A stretch of 60,396 nt of DNA, counting the filler, from Nitrospirae bacterium CG2_30_53_67 (GTDB lineage Bacteria > CG2-30-53-67): the NCBI GenBank assembly GCA_001873285.1. It is 5 parts of 5 records of this genome, joined end to end, with 100 filler letters (N's around TTAATTAATTAA, not from the genome) between each part and the next. Parts side by side here need not be neighbours in the genome. Positions count along the whole stretch, not along the records: positions 10,288 to 20,265 come from MNYV01000069.1; positions 20,366 to 30,251 come from MNYV01000150.1; 3 more parts are not named here. One strand, 5' to 3'. Below are positions 17,856 to 26,203 of the stretch, piece by piece. Made by a program: the position numbers and the translations under genes. Below the pieces are notes generated by a model, which was not told where the DNA came from, did no database searches, and saw nothing but the letters and a program-made list of their open reading frames with translations. How positions within the stretch are numbered: the stretch's first letter is position 1; each line of letters starts with the position of its first letter.

Positions 17856-19013
17856 CTAACCGATCCTCCTCAGCCCGTCTGCGATACGAATGTTCACGGC
17901 CCGCAGGGCCGGAAACACGGCGGCCGCGAGACCGACCAAGACCGATGCGCCGACGTCCAGATAAATGGTTTTTGCCGACACGTTGAACACGGGGAAGAAG
18001 GTCCCCATGGCATGACTGAATGCCCTGGCCAGCGGAAAGGTCAGGAGAATCCCGGTGATGCCGCCCGCCATGGTCATCATCAGGGACTCCCCTGCGATCA
18101 GCCCGGCGATATAGCCGCCTCCGAACCCCAGGGTCTTGAATACGGCGTACTCCCCGATCCTCTCCCTCGCCGTCATGGACATGGTGTTGGCCACGACCGC
18201 CATGATGATGAGAATCACCACGAACGAGACCAACTGAATGGCGATGACGATAGCTTCGGTCATGGAAACAAAACTCATCTGGAACGCCTTCTCGGTTTCG
18301 GCCAGGGTTTCGGCCAGTGAATTTTTAAACGTCCTGTCAATGGCCAGCGAAACCTCGGCGGCCAGGGACGGGTTGGTCAGGCCGACCATGTAGAAACCGA
18401 CCTGATCGGCACGGCGGGGCACGGTCTTTTTCAGGGTTTCGTTCAGGTAATTCCACTGGAAGAAAAACTGGGTTTCGTCGGTGCTCTTGTCGCGGCCTCG
18501 ATAGATGCCGCACAGGACAAAATCCCAGTCGCCGGGAAAGATGGTCCCCCTCAGGGTGATCTGGTCCCCGATCTTCCAGCCGTATTTGGCCGCGAGCTTC
18601 CGGCCGGCCACACACCCCTTTCTGTCGCGGATGAAGGCCTTCTTCTCTTCAGGAGAGAGGACGAACTCCTTATAGAGTTCAAGATAGTTTTGAGGCTCGA
18701 CGGCGAAGTTGGGGAAAAAATTCTTTTCATTGATATAGATCCCGCCGAACCAGTTGCCGTAAGAGACGAGTTTCACACCGTCGATCTGGCGGATCCTGTC
18801 CTTGTAGGCGATGGGGAGCGAAAAGACCAGGGATATGGCATTCCTGACGACCAGGCGGCTGGCCGAAGAGGCTTCGACCCCGGCATACCATGCGCTGACA
18901 ATCGTACGCAGCAGGCCGAAGGAGAGGATGGCAATGGTGATCCCGAGGATGGTCAGATAGGTGCGGAGCTTGTGCCGGAAGGCGTTTTTAAAGAGAATCT
19001 TCAGGAAGTGCAT
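17856..19013 (-). CDS. ABC transporter permease (FtsX/MacB type)
   Basis: KNAFRHKLRTYLT; RERIGEYAVFKTLGF; IADGLRRIG. Confidence 0.92.
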   Translation of the reverse strand: MHFLKILFKNAFRHKLRTYLTILGITIAILSFGLLRTIVSAWYAGVEASSASRLVVRNAISLVFSLPIAYKDRIRQIDGVKLVSYGNWFGGIYINEKNFFPNFAVEPQNYLELYKEFVLSPEEKKAFIRDRKGCVAGRKLAAKYGWKIGDQITLRGTIFPGDWDFVLCGIYRGRDKSTDETQFFFQWNYLNETLKKTVPRRADQVGFYMVGLTNPSLAAEVSLAIDRTFKNSLAETLAETEKAFQMSFVSMTEAIVIAIQLVSFVVILIIMAVVANTMSMTARERIGEYAVFKTLGFGGGYIAGLIAGESLMMTMAGGITGILLTFPLARAFSHAMGTFFPVFNVSAKTIYLDVGASVLVGLAAAVFPALRAVNIRIADGLRRIG

Positions 19014-19165
19014 TCAGTATCCCCTTTTCCATCAGAAACATATCGATCATTTTTCCGGCCGCCCCCTCATAGTGCCGTTTCAACGCAGGGCAACGGGTGA
19101 AGCAGAGGAAGGGACGCAAACGACCGGCCGCTGCATTCCCTCATCTGCCGTTAGTGGCAGAAAAT

Positions 19166-19246
19166 TTACCATGATTCCGTTCTTAGATTTTCGATAAAAT
19201 GAAAAATGATTATACTTGTATCAAGGAGGAATCTGCTACCATTCAC
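19166..19246 (-). pseudogene. Truncated VapC/PIN toxin remnant
   Basis: GTG start overlapping the antitoxin end gives MNGSRFLLDTSIIIFHFIENLRTESW*; PIN N-terminal LLDT motif, stops after 26 aa. Confidence 0.65.
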
Positions 19247-19457
19247 CGGTGTCAACCTTTTCACAATTTTCTTCTATCGCCTTTAACATTAATTGCAAAT
19301 CATCAGTATGTATAGCCCCTTCAAATTTTAAAAGACTCTTACCCTCGACTCCTTTGGGAATCAAGGCTTTTGCAAAATCAAGAACACGAAGTTGGAGGTC
19401 GTAGGGAAGCTTCTCAATTTGGGCGATAAGATTCTTTTTTATAGATGTGGCTGTCAT
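19236..19457 (-). CDS. Putative type II antitoxin (VapB-like)
   Basis: 73 aa, AGGAGG RBS, IEKLP..LQLRVLDFAKAL, acidic end ..EW overlapping a PIN start. Confidence 0.65.
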   Translation of the reverse strand: MTATSIKKNLIAQIEKLPYDLQLRVLDFAKALIPKGVEGKSLLKFEGAIHTDDLQLMLKAIEENCEKVDTGEW

Positions 19458-19695
19458 TAATCCACCTCCTTCCAGTTGGCTTCTTTACCATGTCTGAACA
19501 TAATGCGGCCAACCAATCTCATACTATCAGACTGCATAACGCACCGCAAGCACATTTCCAGTATCGTGTTCCCCGAAGACGGCTCCGGTAGTCCCGATTT
19601 TACTCCTTCAGAAAAATATTCCATAACTCTGGCATTCTGTTTGCGTCTCTCAGATCCGTCCCGCGATTCCGCAATTCACAATGTTTTAACGTGAA

Positions 19696-20265
19696 TCATC
19701 CTCTTATTAGTCCCGCTTCCTGAAAACTATAGTAGCCTTTCCGCGTCACAATGAGATGGTCCAGAACCCGGATACCGAGAATCTTCGCAGCTTCGGTCAA
19801 CTGGTCATGAACACGCGAGTCGGCTTCGCTTGGTTGAAGTTCACCGGATGGGTGGTTGTGGGCGAAAATGACAGCCGCGGCACGGTCGGCGATTACGTCG
19901 GCAAAGACCTCACGCGGATGAACCGGGCTCTTGTCAAGCAGGCCGATTGTGACGATCCGCTTCTCGATCAGCTCATTTGCACCGTTGAGCGACATGCAGA
20001 CAAAGTACTCCTGCTGCTTGGCTGCGATGTCGGCCACGAGCGGCAGGGCATCCTGGGCAACGGTGATCTTGATCGTATCTTTGAGCAAGTGGCGACGAGC
20101 GAGCTCAAAGGCCGAGAGGATTTGAGCAGCTTTGGCAAGTCCCACGCCGGGCACGCGAAGAAGGTGGTCGAGGCTCAGGGCCTCCTTATGCTCTCGGATG
20201 AGTCCTGCAACCTGTCGGGAAATGGTGCGGACATCCACACCTGTCGTGCCCATTCCAAGAATCGC
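19696..20265 (-). CDS. radC: RadC/JAB domain protein, 5' truncated by contig end
   Basis: HhH VPGVGLAKA; VHPREVF; AHNHPSG..PSEAD; LDHLIV. Confidence 0.92.
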   Translation of the reverse strand, partial: AILGMGTTGVDVRTISRQVAGLIREHKEALSLDHLLRVPGVGLAKAAQILSAFELARRHLLKDTIKITVAQDALPLVADIAAKQQEYFVCMSLNGANELIEKRIVTIGLLDKSPVHPREVFADVIADRAAAVIFAHNHPSGELQPSEADSRVHDQLTEAAKILGIRVLDHLIVTRKGYYSFQEAGLIRG

Positions 20266-20365
20266 NNNNNNNNNNNNNNNNNNNNNNNNNNNNNNNNNNN
20301 NNNNNNNNNTTAATTAATTAANNNNNNNNNNNNNNNNNNNNNNNNNNNNNNNNNNNNNNNNNNNN
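20266..20365. other. Artificial contig spacer
   Basis: N-run with TTAATTAATTAA. Confidence 0.97.
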
Positions 20366-20484
20366 AGGGGAATCCCCCTCTATCATACGGGTCTCTTACT
20401 CAAGATCTGCAAAAAAACAGGTCTGAAGTCCTGCACAAAGAGGTGCGGTCATTTCTATCGCGGAAATTGGGCGGAACAAGCGCC

Positions 20485-20513
20485 TTGACAACACTTTATA
20501 AAAAGAATATAAA
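20485..20513 (+). promoter_or_regulatory. sigma70-like promoter
   Basis: TTGACA-N17-TATAAA. Confidence 0.6.
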
Positions 20514-20562
20514 TAGGTTGATTTTCTGATTTGAAACCCGATTTTAAAACTTAACAGTATCT

Positions 20563-21864
20563 ATGCAGACATCCGGACTCCTCTTCTCGTCGCTGAACCT
20601 TCCCGAATCTGTCATCAAAGGAATCGATGCGGTGGGCTTTACCCATTGCACCCCTATTCAGGAGCAGGTCTTTCCGTTCTCCTTCAGGGGCCGGGATGTC
20701 GCTGGACAGGCACAAACCGGCACCGGCAAGACCGCCGCTTTTCTGATCACCATTTTTACCAGGCTTTTGGAGCATGAGCACAAGAGACAACCAGGGGCGT
20801 CACCGCGTGCCTTTATTATAGCGCCCACCCGGGAACTGACGGTCCAAATCTATGAAGAAGCAAAACTGCTCGGCCGGTTTACCGATTTTTCCATGATGGC
20901 CGTTTATGGCGGCGTTGATTATCAGAAGCAAAGGGAAGAGCTAAGAAAAGGGGTGGACATTCTGGTAGGGACCCCCGGCAGGCTTATTGACTATTTCAAA
21001 CAGCGGGTCTTTAACCTGAAAAACACGGAGATCCTGGTTATAGACGAAGCCGACCGGATGTTCGACATGGGATTCATCAAGGACCTTCGATTCCTGCTTC
21101 GGAGGCTTCCCCCCTATTCAAAACGCCAGTCCATGCTCTTTTCCGCCACGCTTTCTTACCGGGTCATGGAACTCGCGTATGAACACATGAACCTTCCGGT
21201 GAAGCTTTCAGTCTCAAAAGAACGGATCACGGCGGAACATGTAGAGCAGACGCTCTACCATGTGGGAAAGGATGAGAAACTTTCCTTTCTTCTCGGTTTG
21301 CTGCGTCACGAGGGGGCGAAGCGGATTCTTATCTTTATCAATACCAAGGTGGTGGCCGACCGGCTCACTCGGTTGCTGAATGCCAACGGGTACAAGACCG
21401 GCGCCATCACCGGAGATATCCCGCAGCCTAAACGATTGAAGATTCTGAGAGACTTTAAGGAAGGCCGCCTTCCCATCCTTGTGGCGACCGACGTGGCATC
21501 CCGCGGGCTTCATATCGAAGGGGTCACCCATGTGATCAACTACGATCTGCCTCAGGATCCGGAAGATTATGTGCACCGAATCGGCAGGACCGCTCGGGCC
21601 GGCGCTTCAGGCAAGGCGATCAGCCTGGCTTGTGAGGAATATGTCTATTCCTTGGAAGAAATCGAGAATCTGCTCGGACAAAAAATTCCAGCCATGAGGC
21701 CTGACGAGTCCTTCTTTGTCCCTGTCATCAAACCGCCTCCTCAAAAAAGGCGAAGAAACGAACAGCAGCTTCAGAGGCATTCAAAACCTTTCCGATCCGG
21801 AGGAAACCAAAGGACCCGCCGGAATCAAGCTCGATCGGGCGCCTCAAGGCGAAATTCCGGTTGA
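20563..21864 (+). CDS. rhlB: DEAD-box RNA helicase (RhlB-like)
   Basis: Q motif, AQTGTGKT, PTREL, DEAD, SAT, HRIGRTAR; basic C-terminal tail; subfamily call less certain than family. Confidence 0.85.
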   Translation: MQTSGLLFSSLNLPESVIKGIDAVGFTHCTPIQEQVFPFSFRGRDVAGQAQTGTGKTAAFLITIFTRLLEHEHKRQPGASPRAFIIAPTRELTVQIYEEAKLLGRFTDFSMMAVYGGVDYQKQREELRKGVDILVGTPGRLIDYFKQRVFNLKNTEILVIDEADRMFDMGFIKDLRFLLRRLPPYSKRQSMLFSATLSYRVMELAYEHMNLPVKLSVSKERITAEHVEQTLYHVGKDEKLSFLLGLLRHEGAKRILIFINTKVVADRLTRLLNANGYKTGAITGDIPQPKRLKILRDFKEGRLPILVATDVASRGLHIEGVTHVINYDLPQDPEDYVHRIGRTARAGASGKAISLACEEYVYSLEEIENLLGQKIPAMRPDESFFVPVIKPPPQKRRRNEQQLQRHSKPFRSGGNQRTRRNQARSGASRRNSG

Positions 21865-22035
21865 TTTTCTCGGAAATGACTGCGCCTCTTCAGGAAGAGG
21901 GATCAGTATCCCCCCGGCCTTTCACCACGAATTCATCTCCCTTCAAGGGGCATCTTTGCTTTACCGGCCTGCCTGCCGCGGACGCGGCGCAGACCGGCAA
22001 AGGGAATCAACGAACACCCATCAAGTCGTTTCACC

Positions 22036-22064
22036 TTGACAAATTTCCCACGGGCGCATAGTAT
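22036..22064 (+). promoter_or_regulatory. sigma70-like promoter
   Basis: TTGACA-N17-TAGTAT upstream of tatA. Confidence 0.6.
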
Positions 22065-22102
22065 TAAAACGCATATCGGATGGTTTTTAAAAGGAGAAAA
22101 AT

Positions 22103-22432
22103 ATGTTTGGAGTCGGGATGCCGGAGCTCTTGGTCATTCTTGTCGTGGCCCTGATTATCTTCGGTCCCAAGAAACTTCCGGAATTGGCCAGATCCTTGGG
22201 AAAGGGATTTGCGGAGTTCAAAAAAGCCTCCCATGAATTCAAGAATGCCATGGATATGGAGAGCGAGAAGAACGAAAAGGGTGAAGCGGCCGGCAAGTCG
22301 GCCGCCATACCCAAGGAGACGGCTGCCTTAGCGTCGCCGCCGTTACAGACTGAGACACCCTCCGGCGTTGAGCAAAAAGCGGCCGGTCCGGAACAGGAAC
22401 CTGCAAAAACCGGCCCGGAACCCAAAGCCTGA
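22103..22432 (+). CDS. tatA: Twin-arginine translocase TatA/TatB family subunit
   Basis: [31 protein letters not shown]. Confidence 0.88.
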   Translation: MFGVGMPELLVILVVALIIFGPKKLPELARSLGKGFAEFKKASHEFKNAMDMESEKNEKGEAAGKSAAIPKETAALASPPLQTETPSGVEQKAAGPEQEPAKTGPEPKA

Positions 22433-22440
22433 TCTTTTTC

Positions 22441-23124
22441 ATGAAGCCTCGATCCATACTGATCTTTGCCAAGGAACCCCGGCCGGGTTTTGTAAAGACA
22501 AGGATGTGCCCTCCCTGGTCTCCCTCGGAGGCAGCGGATCTTTATCTCTGTTTCATTCGGGACACCTTGCTCGCGGCATCCAAGGCGCGGGATGCGGTCC
22601 CTTACCTTTTTTTTGATCCGCCGGAGGCGGTCTTTTTTTTCAGGGAGATTGTACCGGCCGGGTTCATCCTGCTCCCCCAGAAGGGGGCCGACTTCACCGA
22701 ACGCTGCGCTCATTCCGTGAAAGAGGCCTTCAGAAGAGGGCACACCAGAATCGTTCAGATCGGGACGGATACCCCGCAGATCCGGGCAGAGCACATTGAA
22801 GCGGCCTTTGGGCTGCTTGGAGAATACGACATGGGATTCGGCCAGACAAAAGACGGAGGCTATTATCTGTTGTCGCTTTCCCAGCCTGCCGTCGGGATCT
22901 ATCAGGGTGTGGTCATGGGCCGGGATACGGTCGGAGATCAGATGCTCACCCATGCCGGAAGGCTCGGACTCAGGATCAAGATCCTGCCTGCATGGACGGA
23001 TATCGACACCCATGCGGATCTCGTGTCGCTCGAAGCGGATCCTAACGTGATTCTGGGAGAGCATACCCGGGAATTTCTCCGCTTAAGACGTCATTCTCAC
23101 TCCGCTATCTCCCCCGATGGTTGA
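22441..23124 (+). CDS. DUF2064 / TIGR04282-type nucleotidyl- or glycosyltransferase-fold protein
   Basis: IFAKEPRPGFVKTR, QKGAD, IGTDTP, DGGYYL, DIDT..DL. Confidence 0.85.
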   Translation: MKPRSILIFAKEPRPGFVKTRMCPPWSPSEAADLYLCFIRDTLLAASKARDAVPYLFFDPPEAVFFFREIVPAGFILLPQKGADFTERCAHSVKEAFRRGHTRIVQIGTDTPQIRAEHIEAAFGLLGEYDMGFGQTKDGGYYLLSLSQPAVGIYQGVVMGRDTVGDQMLTHAGRLGLRIKILPAWTDIDTHADLVSLEADPNVILGEHTREFLRLRRHSHSAISPDG

Positions 23125-23151
23125 TCCGGGGTCTGACTGAAAAAATGATAG

Positions 23152-23176
23152 GCCCGCTTCGGGGGGCTTTTCTTTT
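23152..23176 (+). terminator. Possible rho-independent terminator before tupB
   Basis: Imperfect GC stem GCCCGC-TTCG-GGGGGC followed by TTTTCTTTT. Confidence 0.35.
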
Positions 23177-23189
23177 AATCGTTGGGTTT

Positions 23190-23879
23190 ATGGTTGTTTT
23201 ATCCAGCGGGATTCAAGACGCGATACGGCTGATCCTCTCTATGGACCGGTCTCTTCTTGAGATCGTTCTCCTTTCCCTCAGGGTTTCCGGCGCCTCTGTG
23301 CTTCTCGGAGCATTCATCGGAATCCCTTTGGGGTCTCTGGTCGGGCTGAGGCGCTTTCCCGCCCGGGACATGATCGTCACGCTCCTCAACACCTTCATGG
23401 GTCTGCCTCCGGTGGCGGTGGGTCTTGCGGTCTACCTGATGCTTTCACGAAGCGGCCCGTTCGGCGTGTTGGGGCTTCTCTTCACCCCGGCGGCCATGAT
23501 CATTGCACAGACGATCCTGGTCACTCCGATCATTGCGGCCCTGACCCACGCGGCCGTGGGGGGCGTGGATCCCCTGATCCGGGATGCGGCCAAATCCCTG
23601 GGGGCGGGCGCCCTGGATCAGGGATTTGCTCTCCTTCGGGAATCGCGGTATGCCATTCTGTCAGGCGTGATCGCCGGTTTCGGCAGGGCCATCGGAGAAG
23701 TGGGCGCCGTCATGATCGTCGGGGGGAACATCACCGGTTCAACCCGGACCATGACCACGGCCATGGTCCTCGAGACCGGCATGGGGAACTTTGAACTGGC
23801 TCTGGCCCTGGGGATGATACTTCTGATGCTTGCCTTCCTGGTGAACATGGGGCTGCATCTCTTGCAGGGGAAGGGTTAG
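23190..23879 (+). CDS. tupB: Tungstate ABC transporter permease
   Basis: NTFMGLPPVAVGL, GFGRAIGEVGAVMIVGGNI, TRTMTTA; start uncertain. Confidence 0.9.
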   Translation: MVVLSSGIQDAIRLILSMDRSLLEIVLLSLRVSGASVLLGAFIGIPLGSLVGLRRFPARDMIVTLLNTFMGLPPVAVGLAVYLMLSRSGPFGVLGLLFTPAAMIIAQTILVTPIIAALTHAAVGGVDPLIRDAAKSLGAGALDQGFALLRESRYAILSGVIAGFGRAIGEVGAVMIVGGNITGSTRTMTTAMVLETGMGNFELALALGMILLMLAFLVNMGLHLLQGKG

Positions 23880-23916
23880 GCGGCTTGCCCCCGGAGCGGA
23901 TCTTTTTATGGATTAA

Positions 23917-24645
23917 ATGATGACCTATGCCTTGCAGATCCAAAACCTCAGGAAAAGTTATCAAGGGAGCGAAGTCCTTTCCGGGTGCACTCTTGATCTC
24001 GAGGCCGGTAAGGTTCATGCCCTGCTGGGTCCCAACGGGGCCGGGAAGACCACCCTGCTCAGGATCCTCGACCTCCTTGAAGAGCCGACGGAGGGATCCG
24101 TCCGTTTCAACGGATTCAAAGAAGAGGCTCGGAACAGGAATATCATTCGAAGAGAGATCACCATGGTCTTTCAGCGGCCTGCCCTGTTTAAGACTACGGT
24201 CTATGGCAATGTCGCCTACGGCCTGAAGCTCCGTCAGGCGCCGGGGGAGGAGATACGGCAGCGTGTAGGAGAGGTCCTGAATCTGGTGGGGATGTCGGAC
24301 TCTGCCGGGCGGGAGGCGCACACCCTTTCTGCCGGGGAAGCCCAGCGTGTGGCCCTGGCACGGGCCCTGGCCGTCCGGCCAAGGATCCTTTTTCTGGATG
24401 AACCCACGGCCAACCTGGACCCTTACAACTCCAGGAAGGTGGAGGAGACCATTCTTGAAATCAAGTCACAGGGCCGGACCACCATCCTTCTGGCCACGCA
24501 CAATCTCTTTCAGGCTCAACGGATCTCCGACCGGGTCGTCTTTCTTTATGCGGGAAAGGTCGTGGAAAACGCGGATACCCGGACTTTTTTTGAACATCCG
24601 AAGGAGGATCTCAGCCGTCAATTCATCAGAGGAGAATGGATATGA
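23917..24645 (+). CDS. tupC: Tungstate ABC transporter ATPase
   Basis: GPNGAGKT, LSAGEAQR, LDEPTANLD; lies between tupB and tupA. Confidence 0.88.
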   Translation: MMTYALQIQNLRKSYQGSEVLSGCTLDLEAGKVHALLGPNGAGKTTLLRILDLLEEPTEGSVRFNGFKEEARNRNIIRREITMVFQRPALFKTTVYGNVAYGLKLRQAPGEEIRQRVGEVLNLVGMSDSAGREAHTLSAGEAQRVALARALAVRPRILFLDEPTANLDPYNSRKVEETILEIKSQGRTTILLATHNLFQAQRISDRVVFLYAGKVVENADTRTFFEHPKEDLSRQFIRGEWI

Positions 24646-25496
24646 AAAGAATCGCATTGTTTTGGATCGGCGCCTTGATCCTTTTTTCTATGCCATGGTC
24701 TCCATTATCCGCCGAGGATGCCGTCCGGATCCGAATGGCATCCACCACCAGCACCCAGAACTCCGGACTGTTGGATGTTTTACTGCCGGCTTTTGAGAAG
24801 GCCGAGGAGGGGAGGATCAAGGTGGATCTGATTGCCGTGGGCACGGGGCAGGCCCTTAAGATCGCGGAGCGTGGGGATGCGGACCTGGTCTTCGTCCATG
24901 CCCCGGAGCTCGAGGAAGAGTTTGTTAAAAAAGGTTTCGGCGTCAACCGGCGTCCGGTCATGCACAACGATTTTGTGGTCCTCGGTCCGTCATCCGATCC
25001 CGCGGGAGTCAAGGATGCGCACACGGCCATGGATGCCTTTCAGAACATTGCAAAACAGAAGGCGTCCTTCATCTCCAGGGGAGACCAGTCCGGGACCCAT
25101 CTCAAGGAACTGGCCATATGGAGCAAGGCAGGGGTGAACCCCGGAGGGGAGGGATGGTATGTGGAAGCAGGCTCAGGCATGGCTTCGACACTCCGGATAG
25201 CCGAAGAAAAACAGGCCTACACCCTCTCGGACCGGGGGACCTACCTGAACTACCGGGAGAGGATCCATCTCCCTATCCTCTTCCAGGGAGATCCGGTATT
25301 GCACAATCCTTACGGGATCATGGCCGTGAACCCCAAGCGCTTTCCCCATGTCCATTACAAAGAGGCCATGCGCTTCATTGACTGGATCCTGTCGCCCGAG
25401 GCGCAGAGTCTGATCGCCTCCTACAAGATCGCCGGGGAATCCCTCTTTTTTCCGGACGCGGTGGAACAAAAGCATTTTGCCCCATCCGGGCCGTGA
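24642..25496 (+). CDS. tupA: Tungstate-binding periplasmic protein
   Basis: Signal peptide; ASTTSTQNSGLL, GTGQAL, VHAP, SRGDQSGTH, SDRGTY. Confidence 0.92.
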   Translation: MKRIALFWIGALILFSMPWSPLSAEDAVRIRMASTTSTQNSGLLDVLLPAFEKAEEGRIKVDLIAVGTGQALKIAERGDADLVFVHAPELEEEFVKKGFGVNRRPVMHNDFVVLGPSSDPAGVKDAHTAMDAFQNIAKQKASFISRGDQSGTHLKELAIWSKAGVNPGGEGWYVEAGSGMASTLRIAEEKQAYTLSDRGTYLNYRERIHLPILFQGDPVLHNPYGIMAVNPKRFPHVHYKEAMRFIDWILSPEAQSLIASYKIAGESLFFPDAVEQKHFAPSGP

Positions 25497-25521
25497 ATGT
25501 TTCCCCTTGCCGAGTTTTCAC

Positions 25522-25550
25522 TTGCCATACCATGGTACTTTGTCTATAAT
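25522..25550 (+). promoter_or_regulatory. sigma70-like promoter of def
   Basis: TTGCCA-N17-TATAAT. Confidence 0.65.
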
Positions 25551-25645
25551 GATAACCATCTTAGAGGCGCCTGAAAAATTAATTTTTATGCGGTTTTATC
25601 CAGGGCCTGAATAGAGGGATCGAGATCAGATAAGGGATTATTTTC

Positions 25646-26164
25646 ATGGGGATTCTTCCCATTCTGCATTATCCGGACGAAATCCTGAGAAAGGTCTCAA
25701 AACCTGTGGAGACGATCACGGATGAGATCCGGGAACTGATCGCCAATATGATACAGACCATGTATGCGGCGCCCGGTGTGGGGCTTGCCGCCAATCAGGT
25801 CGGGGTGCTGAAAAGGATTGCCGTCATAGACGTGAGTTCCGGCAAAAAGGCCGATTCCCTGATGGTGATGATCAATCCTGAGGTGCTGTCACGTGAAGGG
25901 GAAGAAAGCTATGAGGAGGGGTGTCTGAGCGTCCCCAACTTTACCGGAGATGTGGAAAGGGCCCGGTTCGTTCAGGTCTGCTATATGACCAGGGAGGGAA
26001 AAGAAATGACCATCCGTGCTGAAGGCCTCCTTGCCAGGGCCGTTCAGCATGAACTGGACCATTTAAACGGCATGCTTTTTATTGACCGGCTCCCTCCGAT
26101 GAAAAGGGACATGATCAAACGGAAGATCAAGAAGGCGATCCGGCAGGGCGTTTACCAATATTGA
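25646..26164 (+). CDS. def: Peptide deformylase
   Basis: GVGLAANQ, EGCLS, QHELDHL. Confidence 0.97.
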   Translation: MGILPILHYPDEILRKVSKPVETITDEIRELIANMIQTMYAAPGVGLAANQVGVLKRIAVIDVSSGKKADSLMVMINPEVLSREGEESYEEGCLSVPNFTGDVERARFVQVCYMTREGKEMTIRAEGLLARAVQHELDHLNGMLFIDRLPPMKRDMIKRKIKKAIRQGVYQY

Positions 26165-26203
26165 CGGCTTCGTAAAAAGTCCAAAACTTGCCCTCTCCCT
26201 TAA

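Noticed and set aside
23095..23180. Moco/tungsten-cofactor riboswitch upstream of tupB
   Set aside because: I could not find the conserved Moco RNA motif elements; only a weak terminator-like hairpin is present.
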